A stretch of 64,000 nucleotides of DNA from Klebsormidium nitens (taxonomy: Eukaryota; Plantae; Klebsormidiophyceae): positions 358,990 to 422,989 of the forward strand of contig DF236953.1 of the NCBI GenBank assembly GCA_000708835.1, written 5' to 3'. The notes beneath the pieces are model-generated. The model worked only from the letters and a program-made list of their open reading frames with translations, was not told where the DNA came from and made no database searches. Within the stretch, counting starts at the first letter, position 1. Each line of letters starts with the position of its first letter. Positions 46,301-58,218 of this stretch are shown one piece after another. The position numbers and the translations under genes are program-made.

Positions 46301-49300
46301 GGAAGGCCCTGTCAAGAAGCCTATCAAGCTAGCTCAGTCTTTACCGCAGCTCTGAGAATTGCTTTTCTTCGCCACTTCACGTCCCGCCCGGCTTTGGTAA
46401 AATACCTAGAAAGTTGCCACATTGCTCGAGACATGTTCCTGGTTTATTTTTGGAAAAGTGGTCAAAAGAAGCTGTAAAGATTACCCTCGTACTCTTTCGC
46501 TCTTCTGCTACTCCTCTTACGTCTCCCAAACCTTCGCTGAAGTCACAGCATCCGCTGTTATTAGGCGTTCCGTTGACGCAAATTCGAGTTTATTCCTAAT
46601 CTTTTGACAGGCCACAGACGACAACGAGTACGCCGATCTCCTATGGGCCGCCCGCGGCGCGGGCCAGGGCTTCTTCGGCGTCGTCACGTGCTTCGAGTAC
46701 CGCCTCGATCTTCTGCCACGTGGCATCACCCTGATGCAGTCCGTGTTCCCGCTGGACAGCGCCGCTGACGTCATCAAGTTCTGGAACGAGAAGCGGGCGG
46801 AGCTGCCGAGCCACATGGAGGTCGTCACGATCATGGCGACCGGTAAGCCGACCGCCCGAGGCGAATGGTCGCTGCTGGGGAGGATTCGAAGGTCTTGAAA
46901 AGAATGAGTTTCATAAATTGAGTCTTCTTCTCCACGACACCAAGTTTACTTCAAAGCCTTTACTTCTGAAGGCATCGTCAGCGCCGTTCCGAATTCGTTT
47001 CAAATCGCGAAGCAGGTTACGAACAGCTTGATCCCTGGAAGGCATAACATTTTCGGCTACAAGCGTGTTCGTAGTGATTCATAAGGGCAGAAACTGAAGG
47101 GAAGGCGCTCCTGAATCCTGACACCTCTGCTCCTGCTTGCCCGGGTAGCCCCCACTGTTTACCGATGCACGGTCTTCCGGGGCGTTAGCATCCAAATCCC
47201 TGTTTCCTCAAAAACATGGTTGCCAAGTCACAAACCAAGAAAAGGAAAGTGCAAAACACAAGACTGCAAGACGTGACCGGCGCCAATTCTCCGGGCAGGT
47301 CCTACCGGCCACCGGTGCACGGTCTTCCTGGGCGTATCTTTCGCGGACACCGAGGAACAGGGGCGCAAAGACCTGGCCGTTCTTGAAGACTGCCCGGTGC
47401 AGCCGCGTCTAGTTCACGACGTGCACCCGAGTGATGTGTACGAGATTTGGGGCATCCTGGACAAGGCGTTCCCGAAGAACTGGAACATGAACGTCGACGT
47501 CGCCGTGGTTCCGTTTGAGGTGGGTGGCTTAAGTGTTCTTATTTGGTATCGCGATTGGGGTTCAGGCTTCTTTTTACAACCAAAGGCGCTTTTCTTCCAC
47601 CAAAGCTTCGTCATTTGCCCGATTTGTAAAGTCCTGGGGCATCCTCGATCAGGCCTTCCCGAAGAACTGGAACATGAACGTCGACGTCGCTGTGGTTCCG
47701 TTTGAGGTGGGCAGCTTAGATCCCTCTTTTAAAATGGCAACAACGATCGCCCTTCTTTTTCTGTAATTGACGCGGGCTTTCTTTCCAAAACTTGCGCTTT
47801 AACTTCTATCAACCAAGGCAGCTTCTTGTTAAGGATCAAACCTGCGCAATCTGGGTCTTTTGTACTCGAGCAATCTCCAAGAAACGGAATATGAATGTCA
47901 GCGTCGCTGTGGTTCCGATTGAGGTGGGTGGCGCGGATCTTCCTTTGTGGCATCGCAATAAGAAAGACGCCCTTCTTACCAGGAACAGACGCGCTATCCT
48001 CCCGCCAACCAAACGCGCTTTGCTTTCAGTAAGAAACGCGCTTTCTTTAACAAAGCTTCGTCGTGCGCCATCTGTTGATTTCTTTCTGTCGACGCAGTAC
48101 TCGTTTTCTGATCTTCTCGCTTGCAACAAATTCCTGACAAGGTCTCCCGAAGCAAGTCCACTTGTTGACAGACTACATCTCTTTTGAGTCTGCAAGCAAG
48201 AACCGACATGGCCGCTTCGCGAGTGGAGCACTTGACACTGCCCTCCACGTTCTAAGAGCATCATCTGAATTGTCTGACAGCCCCTCCATCTCTGCCAAAG
48301 ACCAAAAGACCAAACCAAAGACCAACGACCAAAGACCAACCAGACCAAACGACCAAAGACCAAAGACCAAAGACCAAACAGACCAAACAGACCAAACAGA
48401 CCAAACAGACCAAAAAGACCAAATCTCTTGGAGGCTGCAGGCAATGACCGACATGTCCGCTTCCCTGAAGGCCACTTCAAGATTTCCTCTGCGTTTCAAG
48501 AAGAGATTACCTGAGGTGTCCGAAAGCTCCCTCGAACACTGAGCACTAAACTTATTGACAGACCACGTTTCTTTGAGTCTGCAGGCAACGACCGACATGG
48601 CCGCTTCCCTGGCGGAGCACTTCAAGACCTCCCCCTCGCCGCTGGACCACGTTCTTTTCGCGGGCATCGGCCCCAAGGCCGGCAGCGTCAAGAGCGCATT
48701 CTCACCCGAGGGAAACTTCGAGCCCGCGGTCTATGTGGGCTGTTACGGAATCATTGAAAAAATCGACGTAGGAAAAGAGCAGGAAGTTGTTGACTGGACG
48801 GTCAAGGGGCAGGACCTTGTGTGGCCGCACGCGGTGCGCGGCTACGTGGGCGAGGTGAGGGAAGCCAAGAGCTTTTTGCCGCATTTTCCGTTTAAGGTTT
48901 CCAACGGAGCCATGGCAGTCTTGTAAGTGGGAATAGAGGGCTTGGTGTGGCCGCACGCGGTGCGGGGCTACATGGGCGAGGTGAGGGAAGCCAAGAGGTT
49001 CTCGCCGCGAATGCCGGCTACCGCATTGATGGACCTGCAGTCTTGCACTTCATTGAACAAAGGATGAGGGACAAACGGCTAAGGTGTGACAGCACGCGGT
49101 GCAGCGCTTAGTGGGCGAGGCAAGGGAAGCCAAAAAAGCTCCGCCGCGTTTTTCGATAAGGTTTCCAACAAGGTGCAGTTGTCCCTCAGTCCGAATCCAT
49201 TGCCTAGCAGTCTTGCGAATGGGGTGAGAGGTTATAATGGCTCGGTGTGGCCGCAGGCGCTGCGAGGGTGCTTGCGCGAGGTAAGGGTTCCGCCGTCACA

Positions 49301-49928
49301 AGCGTGCGTCACGTGCATTAGGCGGTATATAGACAAGCTAGTAGTAATTACTCAAACCGAGAGGCAGCTTTGAATTTCTACGCTGATTCCGCGTTTGCTA
49401 CTCTGAAAGCTTGACTCAAAGCGTGGCCGCGAGAGGTGAGAGGCCACGTGGGCGACGAGAGGAAACCTGGAGGGTCTCGACGAAGCTCCCCAGTAACATG
49501 TTGGGGACCGAGCACTTTAATTGTTCGGGCAGGAACTCATGTCGAAATGGAGACTGCGTTCGATCGTCTCATGATTGTGAAAGAGGCCTTCGTATCCGAC
49601 AGCCTTGATGTGTTCCATGTAACCCCCGCCGGATCTCTAGGTTCAAGCAGATTACGTCCTTCCAAGAGATGATCACCTCACGCCAAAGAACCTGTTCAAG
49701 TCATTCCCTTCCCAACGCCCGAGAGCCGCACTCCTGAGGGCGACGGACGCTCAGCATCCCCTCTCACTGGTCGCCTTTTCTCCCGTGCAGGGCCGGCAAG
49801 AGACGGCCAAGCTGCGCAGGTGCTACACGCCCGAGGCGTGGGACCGGTTGGAAGAGCTCCGGGAGAAGTACGACCCGGCGCGTCTTTTCCTGAGCTGGCT
49901 CGCCGCGGACCCGACCTTCGTGCAGTGA
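43377..49928 (+). CDS. FAD-linked oxidoreductase, berberine-bridge-enzyme / VAO-PCMH superfamily (FAD_binding_4 + BBE C-terminus), 8 exons
   Basis: Exons 43377-43592, 44581-44688 (VSVKANGHHW), 45049-45194 (GGHCPTVGISGYTLNGGYGWNS), 45592-45661 (IDVVLADG), 46611-46842 (DLLWAARGAGQGFFGVVT), 47299-47519, 48585-48854, 49791-49928 (WDRLEELREKYDPARLF). Confidence 0.9.
47140..49470 (+). repeat. Tandem echoes of the ends of BBE-gene exons 6 and 7
   Basis: Exon-6 tail plus donor copies at ~47635-47717 and ~47850-47930. Exon-6 head copy at ~47140. Exon-7 head copies at ~48165 and ~48437. Exon-7 tail plus donor copies at ~48940, ~49090, ~49243 and ~49420. Confidence 0.9.
48297..48423. repeat. (GACCAAA)n/(CAGACCAAA)n simple tandem repeat in an intron
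   Basis: About 16 imperfect GACCAAA-core units of 7-9 bp. Confidence 0.9.
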
Positions 49929-50034
49929 CCGGTTTGAGTGCCCGGTAGATCGTCTTGGGCTTCTCGGCTAGCCCTCATGCAGTGACCGGTTTGAGTGCCC
50001 GGTAGGTCGGTATTGGGCTTTTCGGCTAGCCCCC
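49921..50034 (+). repeat. 57-bp tandem duplication spanning the BBE stop codon
   Basis: TGCAGTGACCGGTTTGAGTGCCCGGTAG...GGCTAGCCC at 49921 and again at 49978, with a partial third copy near 50120. Confidence 0.85.
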
Positions 50035-51910
50035 CCGGAGAAACTAGTGGGATGCAGCAAGGAGAGATACTTGCGGGTGGGGAAATCAGCCCGAGGCGGC
50101 TGAGGAGTACTTGGTTTGTTTGTGAGTGCCCCGTAGCTCGGCGCGTTTGACTTGTATCAACATTGCGGTTGAAAGGGGACTTGAAAAGGACCGGGGTGAT
50201 TACGTAGATTGCGGTTTTTGCACGTTGTTGAGATAGACAAGTTGATACTTTGAAAACTTGCCGGTGAACGAGGATATAAATCCCCAGGCAAAGACCAAAA
50301 TACTAGAACAGCTCCTAAATGAGGATTTGGCGACTGTCTAGTGGCATAGGCAGTGATGGACTATTACGGTGCGAAAGACACCAAATGAAAGTCCTTATAA
50401 AAGGCGAAACCACGTGTTTAGTGTCAAATACCGAGTGTGGACGGTATAACGCTTTAAGGGTGCATGTACGTTGTGTCGAAAGAAATTCGGGCGGGAGTTA
50501 GTGTTATGCGCCAATTGAGACGCCGAGACGAGTAGGCCAAAGCTTTTCCGACTCCAGCGACCATGTACGATTCATAAGACGTGTGCATAAGGATTGATTT
50601 GTAAGGGCTGGAAGGTAGTCTATTTATATCGGAGACTTCGATAAGATTTGCAATGCTGGTCGGATCGTGATTCGAGATCTTGACGGTGTTGATACAATCC
50701 AGGATCGGTAGGAGCTGTTACTCTTTCTCAAGTAACTCGAAAGGAGTATGTTTGAAAGCCTGGGCTGGTACGCGGTTTCGATCACTATCATGCAAGCTAC
50801 GATTGCAGACTGACGGTCACGATGCGATATACCATCGAAGACTTCATATTCCGTCTGCAGCATATGCTTTAATGCAAAATATTTTGCAAAAACAAAACCT
50901 TTATGCATGGCCAGTCATTTCTGCGCCGCTGCAGGCGTTTATTGCCCTGTTCACATATATGCGCCGCGGCGTGGTAGCTGCTACGGGTGCTACGTGCAGC
51001 TTGTGACACAGCTTAGGGGGCATGGCGCGGAATTGCTCTTAATCTGGGTTGAGAATGCACGCCGCGGGCGGAATCGGCTATATAAGCCTGGGGCAGACCT
51101 GGTTGCAAGAGTCTCCCTTTTCATGCGGTATGTGGGCGCATGATCGGTATAAATTTGCACGATTTAGACTGCAAAATGTTTAACTTAGTCGAGAGAGCTC
51201 TAGCTCTTGACATGAACTTTTTGCAGTGTGGATTGTGCAAATACTAGCTTTCGCGAAGGCTATGGTTTTGAACAGGATCTGGATATCCAGCTAATCGAGT
51301 ATCGTGCCCGGATCATGCATTCCGTAGGTCTCGTACCCGCAAGCCAGTATGGAAGCTACGTGCGTCACATCTTCTACGGCAAAAGTTCAAATCTGTTCCA
51401 TAGCATCGCGAGTTATTTCTAGAGCGTCCTCTCCGTTGCTTCCACGACGCCGAAAAACCATCTTGACGTTCACAATCAGCTTTCGTAGCACCATGCCACA
51501 TCGGACGCGTAGCCTCCGTGCATGGCGGCTCCGTAGTGCACGCAAGAAGCTATGCATGTTAAGAGGGCATACGCAGAAGCTCTTGTGCACACACGGGCGG
51601 CGGCTTGAACCAGAAGTTGTCAACTCGACATCATGAAAGACAGTACCTTGATGAATCCAAACCTTTGATAGAACCCTGCGGCTGATCTGACTGGTACTAG
51701 TTGCAGTCGAAGTTCGTTCAAACCAGCAAGCATGACTTCGCACCACTGAACACGTTCATCATTGCGACAGACTGCGTCTGGTCAAATCATGCACAAGACC
51801 TGTCCTCAAGCTCCAATTGCTGTTATCTTGACGCCCGACATAATTTTACACCTGCCCTTCCGGCGGCTTGTTGTATGCATATAGAGTTGTGTTTCCGTCA
51901 GCGCCTGTTC

Positions 51911-51950
51911 TAAAACCCTAACCCTAGGACCCTAAAACCTTAACCCTAAG
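51911..51950. repeat. Short degenerate telomere-like (CCCTAAA[A]) cluster / telo-box
   Basis: TAAAACCCTAACCCTAGGACCCTAAAACCTTAACCCTAAG. Confidence 0.45.
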
Positions 51951-52927
51951 AGTGCAGTGACGAACAAGGTCCGAGGCTCCGTCCATTCGGCCGGTACGCT
52001 AGATTGCGTATCACCAACTCGATCCGCAAAACACTTGGCTGTCAACACCTTTAAAACTAGACCCTACCAAGGTCACCGAAAAGTGTCGGAGATTACAAAC
52101 CCGGACGTTTTTACGAAGTGCCTGAAACTACAGGTCCCTGAGCCTAGATTGTATGCATCCTTCCTGACGCTGAGTAGAATTACCATTCCTGACTCGTCAA
52201 CCTAGCCCATTCTGGGCGCTTCGAGATAAGGTCAAAGTGCTTTGACCCGGTTTAATGCCCCTTCCTACTGCTTCCGTCAGAGCTTTCCGCTCGCCAGCAG
52301 ATTCCCTGTCAGCACGTCGGCACCGTTTGGATTGTTGACACGGCTGCAAGCACGGCAAGAAAGCGTGGCAACGAACTTTCATTCCAGATCGATAAAAACA
52401 TCTTGCGCTCCTTAGTTGTTGCTCAAATGGAAGCTTAATGGCTTTCGTGTCAAACGAGATGCATATCGCAGCGCTGAGACCCTAATCCCCAGAGCCCTGA
52501 AGCCTTAAAACTCGGGTGCAAGTACCATAACTCAGCAAGACTGTTACGCGCGCAGATGCAAATGTCGCCGGCTTAAGCGAAAGCTTCATTTTAGTCGTTT
52601 CATTCTTTTCCAACTTTTCTTTGCTACGAAGCTACTACTCGGAGTTGTCATAGATATCAACGGAAGTGCAATATCTTTCTAAATGATGGTTTATTTGAAT
52701 CGGTTGATTGCTCGAATGACTGCAATTGCTTAAAAGAATGAAAGGCATTCACTCAGACCGCCAATCCCACTTTTCGAAGCAGATTGATTGCGACCTTATA
52801 TCCCTCAAGAAGCAACAGTCCAGATCCAGAAGTAGAGCCAACCCGAGGCAAACAGATCCAAACCGTTATCAACGATATTGATGCTTCCAAGAACAGCCCA
52901 CATCGCAATCTCCCCTTCTCTAGCGCT

Positions 52928-55900
52928 TCACAAGTACAGATCCGGCACGGAGTCCTTCCGTTGTTCCGGATATAGGTCCCTGGCGGAACGCTCCTGTGGC
53001 TGCGGCCGGGGGCTCCGGAGCGGCGAATACTCGTTCACCCTCCCCCGAAATGACTGCTCATTTACCCCCCCCCGGGGTGAAAATTCGTCGACTCCCCGCG
53101 ACGGCAACCTCGGATTCGCCGCGAGAGCGAAGTTGCGCCGCATAATTTCCAGTTCTTGCGCTTGGGCCAACTCAACGACCTTTGTGGGGTGCAAAGTGTC
53201 GTACATAAGACTGTCTGCGGCACGCCACTGGATGAGCAGGTCCTTGTCCGCAATAAGGGCGTCTTGTCCAAATCGACTTTCAGCAGCCTCCCTGCAGGCG
53301 ACACTTGGCAGATTTTTATTGATGACCTACTTCGTGAAAAGATCGAGACTGTCCGCGGCGCCACAGGTTGAGTACTTTATACTTGTCCGCAATCAGCGCG
53401 TCTTGTCATTCTTGTTCGAGCCAAGTTTCATTTATTAGTAGCAATCAACGTTTGACTGTTGGGCTGAACTTTGCCAAGCGCAACGGAAACGTAAATCAGT
53501 CTGTCTGCTTGGCGTCACCGAACGAGTACGTCGCCACTTATGAGTACGTCCTTGTCTATGATTTGGGAGTTTCTTAGAGGCCTACCCCGCAGACAGACGA
53601 GGCGCATCTCATCCAAGATAAATTAGTGTGCAAAGCAGACAATTCGTATGCAGATTTTGTTTGCAATCTTCAGTGCCTACTGACGGTGCGGGCGAGTCAG
53701 CGACTGTAGTAAAGGCTACGTGAGCACCGGTCGGTAAAAACCAAGAAACATGGCGAGCGTATCATGGTAGAGCCCGTATAATGGAACTCATATACAGCTT
53801 AAGCAGGCAGAATCTACTTGAAGAAGCAGAGAGTAATAAAAAGAATGAAGGATTACTTTAATGAGACGCGCCAGCAAGAAATGACAGTAAGTGGCACAAA
53901 AACTATACCCGATCAGATACTGCAAGGGCACTGGACTTGAACAAGCCTCGTCCGACTATCGGAACGCCCGTGGACGTCCGATCCGCAGACTCTTCCCAGG
54001 GGAGTGTCATTGCTTGCTGAATTATTCGATGACTCGATTCATAAGCGAAAAGGGGTTCCTTGGGCCCCTAAGCAAACCCCCAGGGTGAGCTTGCTTACGG
54101 GGAGAGGTATCTATAAAATCTGTCGAGTTGCAACCAAGCAAGGATTCAGGGAGCCCTCAATTGCCTCCGCGGGCTCTTTCCTGGGGTGTGCGGATCGCCA
54201 CGAATAATGACGTCAGCTGAAACCATGCGCATTCAAGGAGAACCGATGCAGAGTCCGGCTCCCAAGGCGATTCCCGGGGCGTGCGCGTACCTGCGGTGGA
54301 TGATCTCGGTGAACTCGGTCCAGGTGAGATAGAGGCAGAGCAGCATGGTCGCGCTGTAGAGCACCAGCCCAATGACTGCGGTCGCGCGAGAGCCTTGCAC
54401 AGTCACGAATGTGTACGTCTCGGCGCGCAGCACGGTGGAGAAGTTGCCCGGACGGTAGTTGTGAACGCTCACCTGCGGCAAAGAGTGTACGTCAGCATGG
54501 TCTCTCTTTCTTTTGGATCGATTACTGGCCCTGCAAGCCTCTTGCACAACTCGTTCCTTTACTCTTGCATGCATCGACATTTTTGACGTCAGTGCATGCT
54601 CTTCCTCCTCTTTCTTTATCACGCTATTCCTTTCCTTTACATTGTATACAATTCCGAGTTGTGTTTGTGTGGTGCAAGGTTACCCGCAACTTTGAACAGG
54701 TAAAGTCAGGCTGTTTTCCTTATACTATTCTATGTCCAATATAATGTGATCCCCAATTTGCCAACCAAAACCCGCAACCTCCTGAAAGCTTAGCTGCACC
54801 AGATCCCAACAGAAGTTGTTCCGGTTTGATGTCGGCTTTTGAGCCGCTGCAAGCAGCAGCCATCCCTTAATTTGCGCAGCCTTAGATGACGAACCGTTTA
54901 GTGATGGATTCTGCCAAGAACAGCTGTAGAAGTCGACTAGCTGCTAATTCAAGTGTTAGGTCGCACGGTTGTAGTCGCTTCACATCCAGCATCTTCGTCA
55001 ATGGACTCCATTCCAATCTTTGAGTCATATACGATGATACAAGACGATGTAGCTTGCCTGCGTGAAAACCGCTTTGTCGCCGTGGTTACTCAGCGAGCCG
55101 GCTGATGAGCGCAAAGTTGGGAAGATTGAAGATGGTTATTACAACCGCAGCAGTACCCATTGCTACCCCGCGGGCCAGGTTGCTCGCTACGCGCCTCCGA
55201 CGGTAGAGCCCTGAGCGGGCGATAGTCCGTGCAATTATGATCCCGCTAGTGGCAACAGCGGCCTCGACGGCCAAAACGGAGGCGGCGTTGGTTGCGACCG
55301 CGTCTAAATGATACTTCACCTGCAAGGGGAAGTAACACGCTTGTGACTTTGAGTTTTCCGCAAGACAGATTCAAAAAATAAACAAAGTGCAGGCTATAAG
55401 AACCATCAAGGCATTGTGTGCCTAAAGTGTATGTCGATTAAGGAGAATCTCTCAGGGCAGAAATGCTTCAAGTAGCCGAAACGGGTCCTGTGCAATACAA
55501 TTGTGTGGACGCCGCTTCTGGCCAAGGCATTATAGACAGCTTAAAAAGCTGGCTAGGCACACTTACAGAGTGACTGGTCAGTTTCGTCCCACTGACAAGT
55601 TCCTATCCCTCATTGAAGCGTTCATGAGTTGATGATCAGAACTTCAACATTGAAGTAGACCATGGAGTTAATTACTTGGTCAAAAAGCTTTAAGATTCGA
55701 GGTGTCTGATCAATCAGTGGCTGGCTGCATATAGAGGCGGGCAAACATTAGCACGGCTCCCAACAGTGATTCCGTTTCTGAGGACCTTTGATGTCCTTTG
55801 CGGGCATTCGTCGATGGGCATGGGGGGTGGTTGAGAAAAGTTACTTGCTCAAAGATTTTTATTGTAAAGACTTCACTTTCCTACATACTACTGGTATTTT

Positions 55901-57505
55901 TCCATGTCAACGAGCCTAGACAGCGTTACTTTTCGTCTCAAGAATTGGATTAAGGTTAGCTGCTATGAGGCAGGGCTCCTTTCGTCAGACTTTACAAGCA
56001 ACCAAGTGAAAGAAGATGAAAGACGCTCTTGAGCTCACCTCGGAAGACAATAGCACGAAGTTCTTCTCCGCCTCGAAGTCTGCTGCAATCTGAGGCAATA
56101 TCAATGATATCCCTAGACTGTAACTAGATTCGCCGCAGGTGTACTCCAGGTATGTCGTGTCTGAAGTCTGGGTATCCGGGGAGTCTCCACCTTGAGTTAT
56201 GATTGCCTCTCTTAGTTGGTCCCCTCCTTTTCCCAAGAACAGCTGAGCGCACGCATTTTCGGCTATCCTACTGAAGGACGTATCTGGCGTGTCTTCTCCC
56301 AGCATAGCTACACATGTTGCCAAGCTGCTGACATTGTAAGGGAGATAGGGATCGACGAGGCCAACTTCGGTGGGCGGTGTCGCTTGGCCACTCACGAACT
56401 GCCCATAGGTGCCCCTAAAGTATGGCGCGCATTGCGCTCTTGAGTTGTTGAACCCGAGCGCCAAGATTTCGGGCAAGACGTCGAAATTCGGGTAGGTGTC
56501 CGGACGGAAGTCATGGTTCATCAAAGCACGTGCAGCGGCCACGATCTTGGCTGGCCCGCCCGCATAGAGAAAGTTGCAGTCTTGGCTGTTGGGCGGGAGG
56601 AAGAGAGTCACCGTAAATGGAACATTGCCAGGGTTTGTGATTACTCTATAAACCGATGGGCCCACGTCCAAAGAACTTGTGACATACAGCAGGAAAAGGT
56701 CCCCCTTGCATTGGTCCCATGGTAGCGGGATCCCCTGGATCCCTCTGGCTCCGACGATAAGGGTAAGCCCGTCACTATTGACGCACTGGAAGCCTGGTTT
56801 GCCACGCAGCTCTTGGAGGGCTCCCCCATGCGTCATGGGCAAAGCCGAGCTACACGGAGGGGGCCGGGTTACCTTGTGGTACAGCGTAAACCCCCTGTAA
56901 ACAGGATCTTTGTATGACTCCTCTTCTTGTGTATCTAGGAGATTGCTGGCGACACTCTGTGGGGCATTAAGAGTCCAGTGGGTGCCACCTAGCTTGGATC
57001 TGACGGTGGCCATGGCGTATTGGGGGGGGCCATTGACAGCACTGTCTACTTCAGCCACAACCACCCTGCTTGTCACGAAACAACTGTCATCCTCGCAGCG
57101 TAGTAAACGGTAAAAGCTTTCCACGGTCACCCTCCCCCCCAGCGTGTTTGCAGAGTGCAATCCCCGCACGGTGCTGCTCTTCCTTGCAGCGGCCTGGGGG
57201 GTATCAGTGGCCGAAAGATTGTTGATCTGGGCATACACGTTGCCAATGTTTCGCTGCGTCAGGACAGAATAAAAGTCGAAGTCCGCATCGGTGAGCCCAA
57301 ACTTGCTGATGTAATACGCACCCAGCTCGCGCGTCACTGTGGCGGGAACCGGGATGAGGCCCTGTGCCGAGGCGCCCCCCAAAAGGAGCAGACACAGGAG
57401 AGGAGCTGCCCAGAGCAGTGTGAGATTTGTGTTGTAATAGACTGAGCGCGTTGTCTGACCCTTGGAGTTGCATGAAGGACCCAGGGCACACGCTGTTGTT
57501 GCCAT
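52928..57505 (-). CDS. Orphan membrane protein: signal peptide, large Cys-containing ectodomain, at least 2 TM helices; internal exons only partly resolved
   Basis: Exon 57505-~56038 (LLWAAPLLCLLLLGGASA leader, GAG|GTGAGC donor). Exon from ~55322 (hydrophobic AASVLAVEAAVATSGIIIA then RRRR). Exon 54472-54291 (TM AVIGLVLYSATMLLCLYLTW) joins in phase 2 to the terminal exon 53291-52928. It could be two genes. Confidence 0.55.
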
Positions 57506-57953
57506 TGGTGAAGCCTTGGTTGTGAGTGCTCAGCAGCGGCCCAGAAAAGAACTGGAAGCTGTCAAATCCTAGCTCAAGTCCTGCATTGCCCTTCTTGAAA
57601 CCCGCATGACAACATAAATGGCAAATGGGGCGCAAACTCGTGAGGCAACTACAATGTGGCGTGACCACCCAGCGATATTTCTCACCCACGTTGCATTGCT
57701 TTGCTAGCCTGTTCTTGGACCCAATTTGCAGAACTTTGCTCAGGCATTGCCCGGCATTTGAAGCCACTGCAATGGAGAGAAGCGCTCTTCAAGTTCAGTC
57801 CCAGGTGAAAACTGAAATTATGAAACTCCCAGTAACTCTACCTTAGCTGTAGACTGGGAACTCCCTCTCCTTTAACCCTGTAAATAAACCGGGTTATGAA
57901 GCACCCCGGGAACGGTAACCAGCAGGGTTCAAGCGATGATGTTTGGGATGGTC

Positions 57954-57960
57954 GGGCCCA
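57954..57960 (-). promoter_or_regulatory. Site II-like TGGGCCC element in the ~700-bp divergent promoter between the membrane-protein and EngB genes
   Basis: GGGCCCA on the plus strand, midway between head-to-head ATGs at 57505 and 58219. Single short motif. Confidence 0.25.
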
Positions 57961-58218
57961 TCAAAGGTAATATATGTTAGAGTCTAGACTAATATACAAA
58001 TATCGTTATTGAACGTCCTTCCTGTGTCGGTGCCCGGGTAGCCAGGGTTGTCACCTTTGGGTTTACTCCTTAACTAGAAGGGGAGTTGCCCGCTTGAGCT
58101 GGTTTATCTTTCCTGTCAAATCAAGTGGGTCATGGACCATGGTGGACCATCATCTTCTGCGCAAGAGAGCACCTGATTCTGCCTACCTAACTGCCCACAG
58201 AGCTGACCACTCCTAACG

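Noticed and set aside
47836-48691. Minus-strand ORFs with (FGL)n / (WSV)n repeats
   Set aside because: Artefacts of translating the GACCAAA microsatellite and exon echoes.
50300-52400. Several 60-120-aa ORFs in the spacer downstream of the BBE gene
   Set aside because: No recognisable domains, no consistent splice chain, and composition typical of non-coding spacer.
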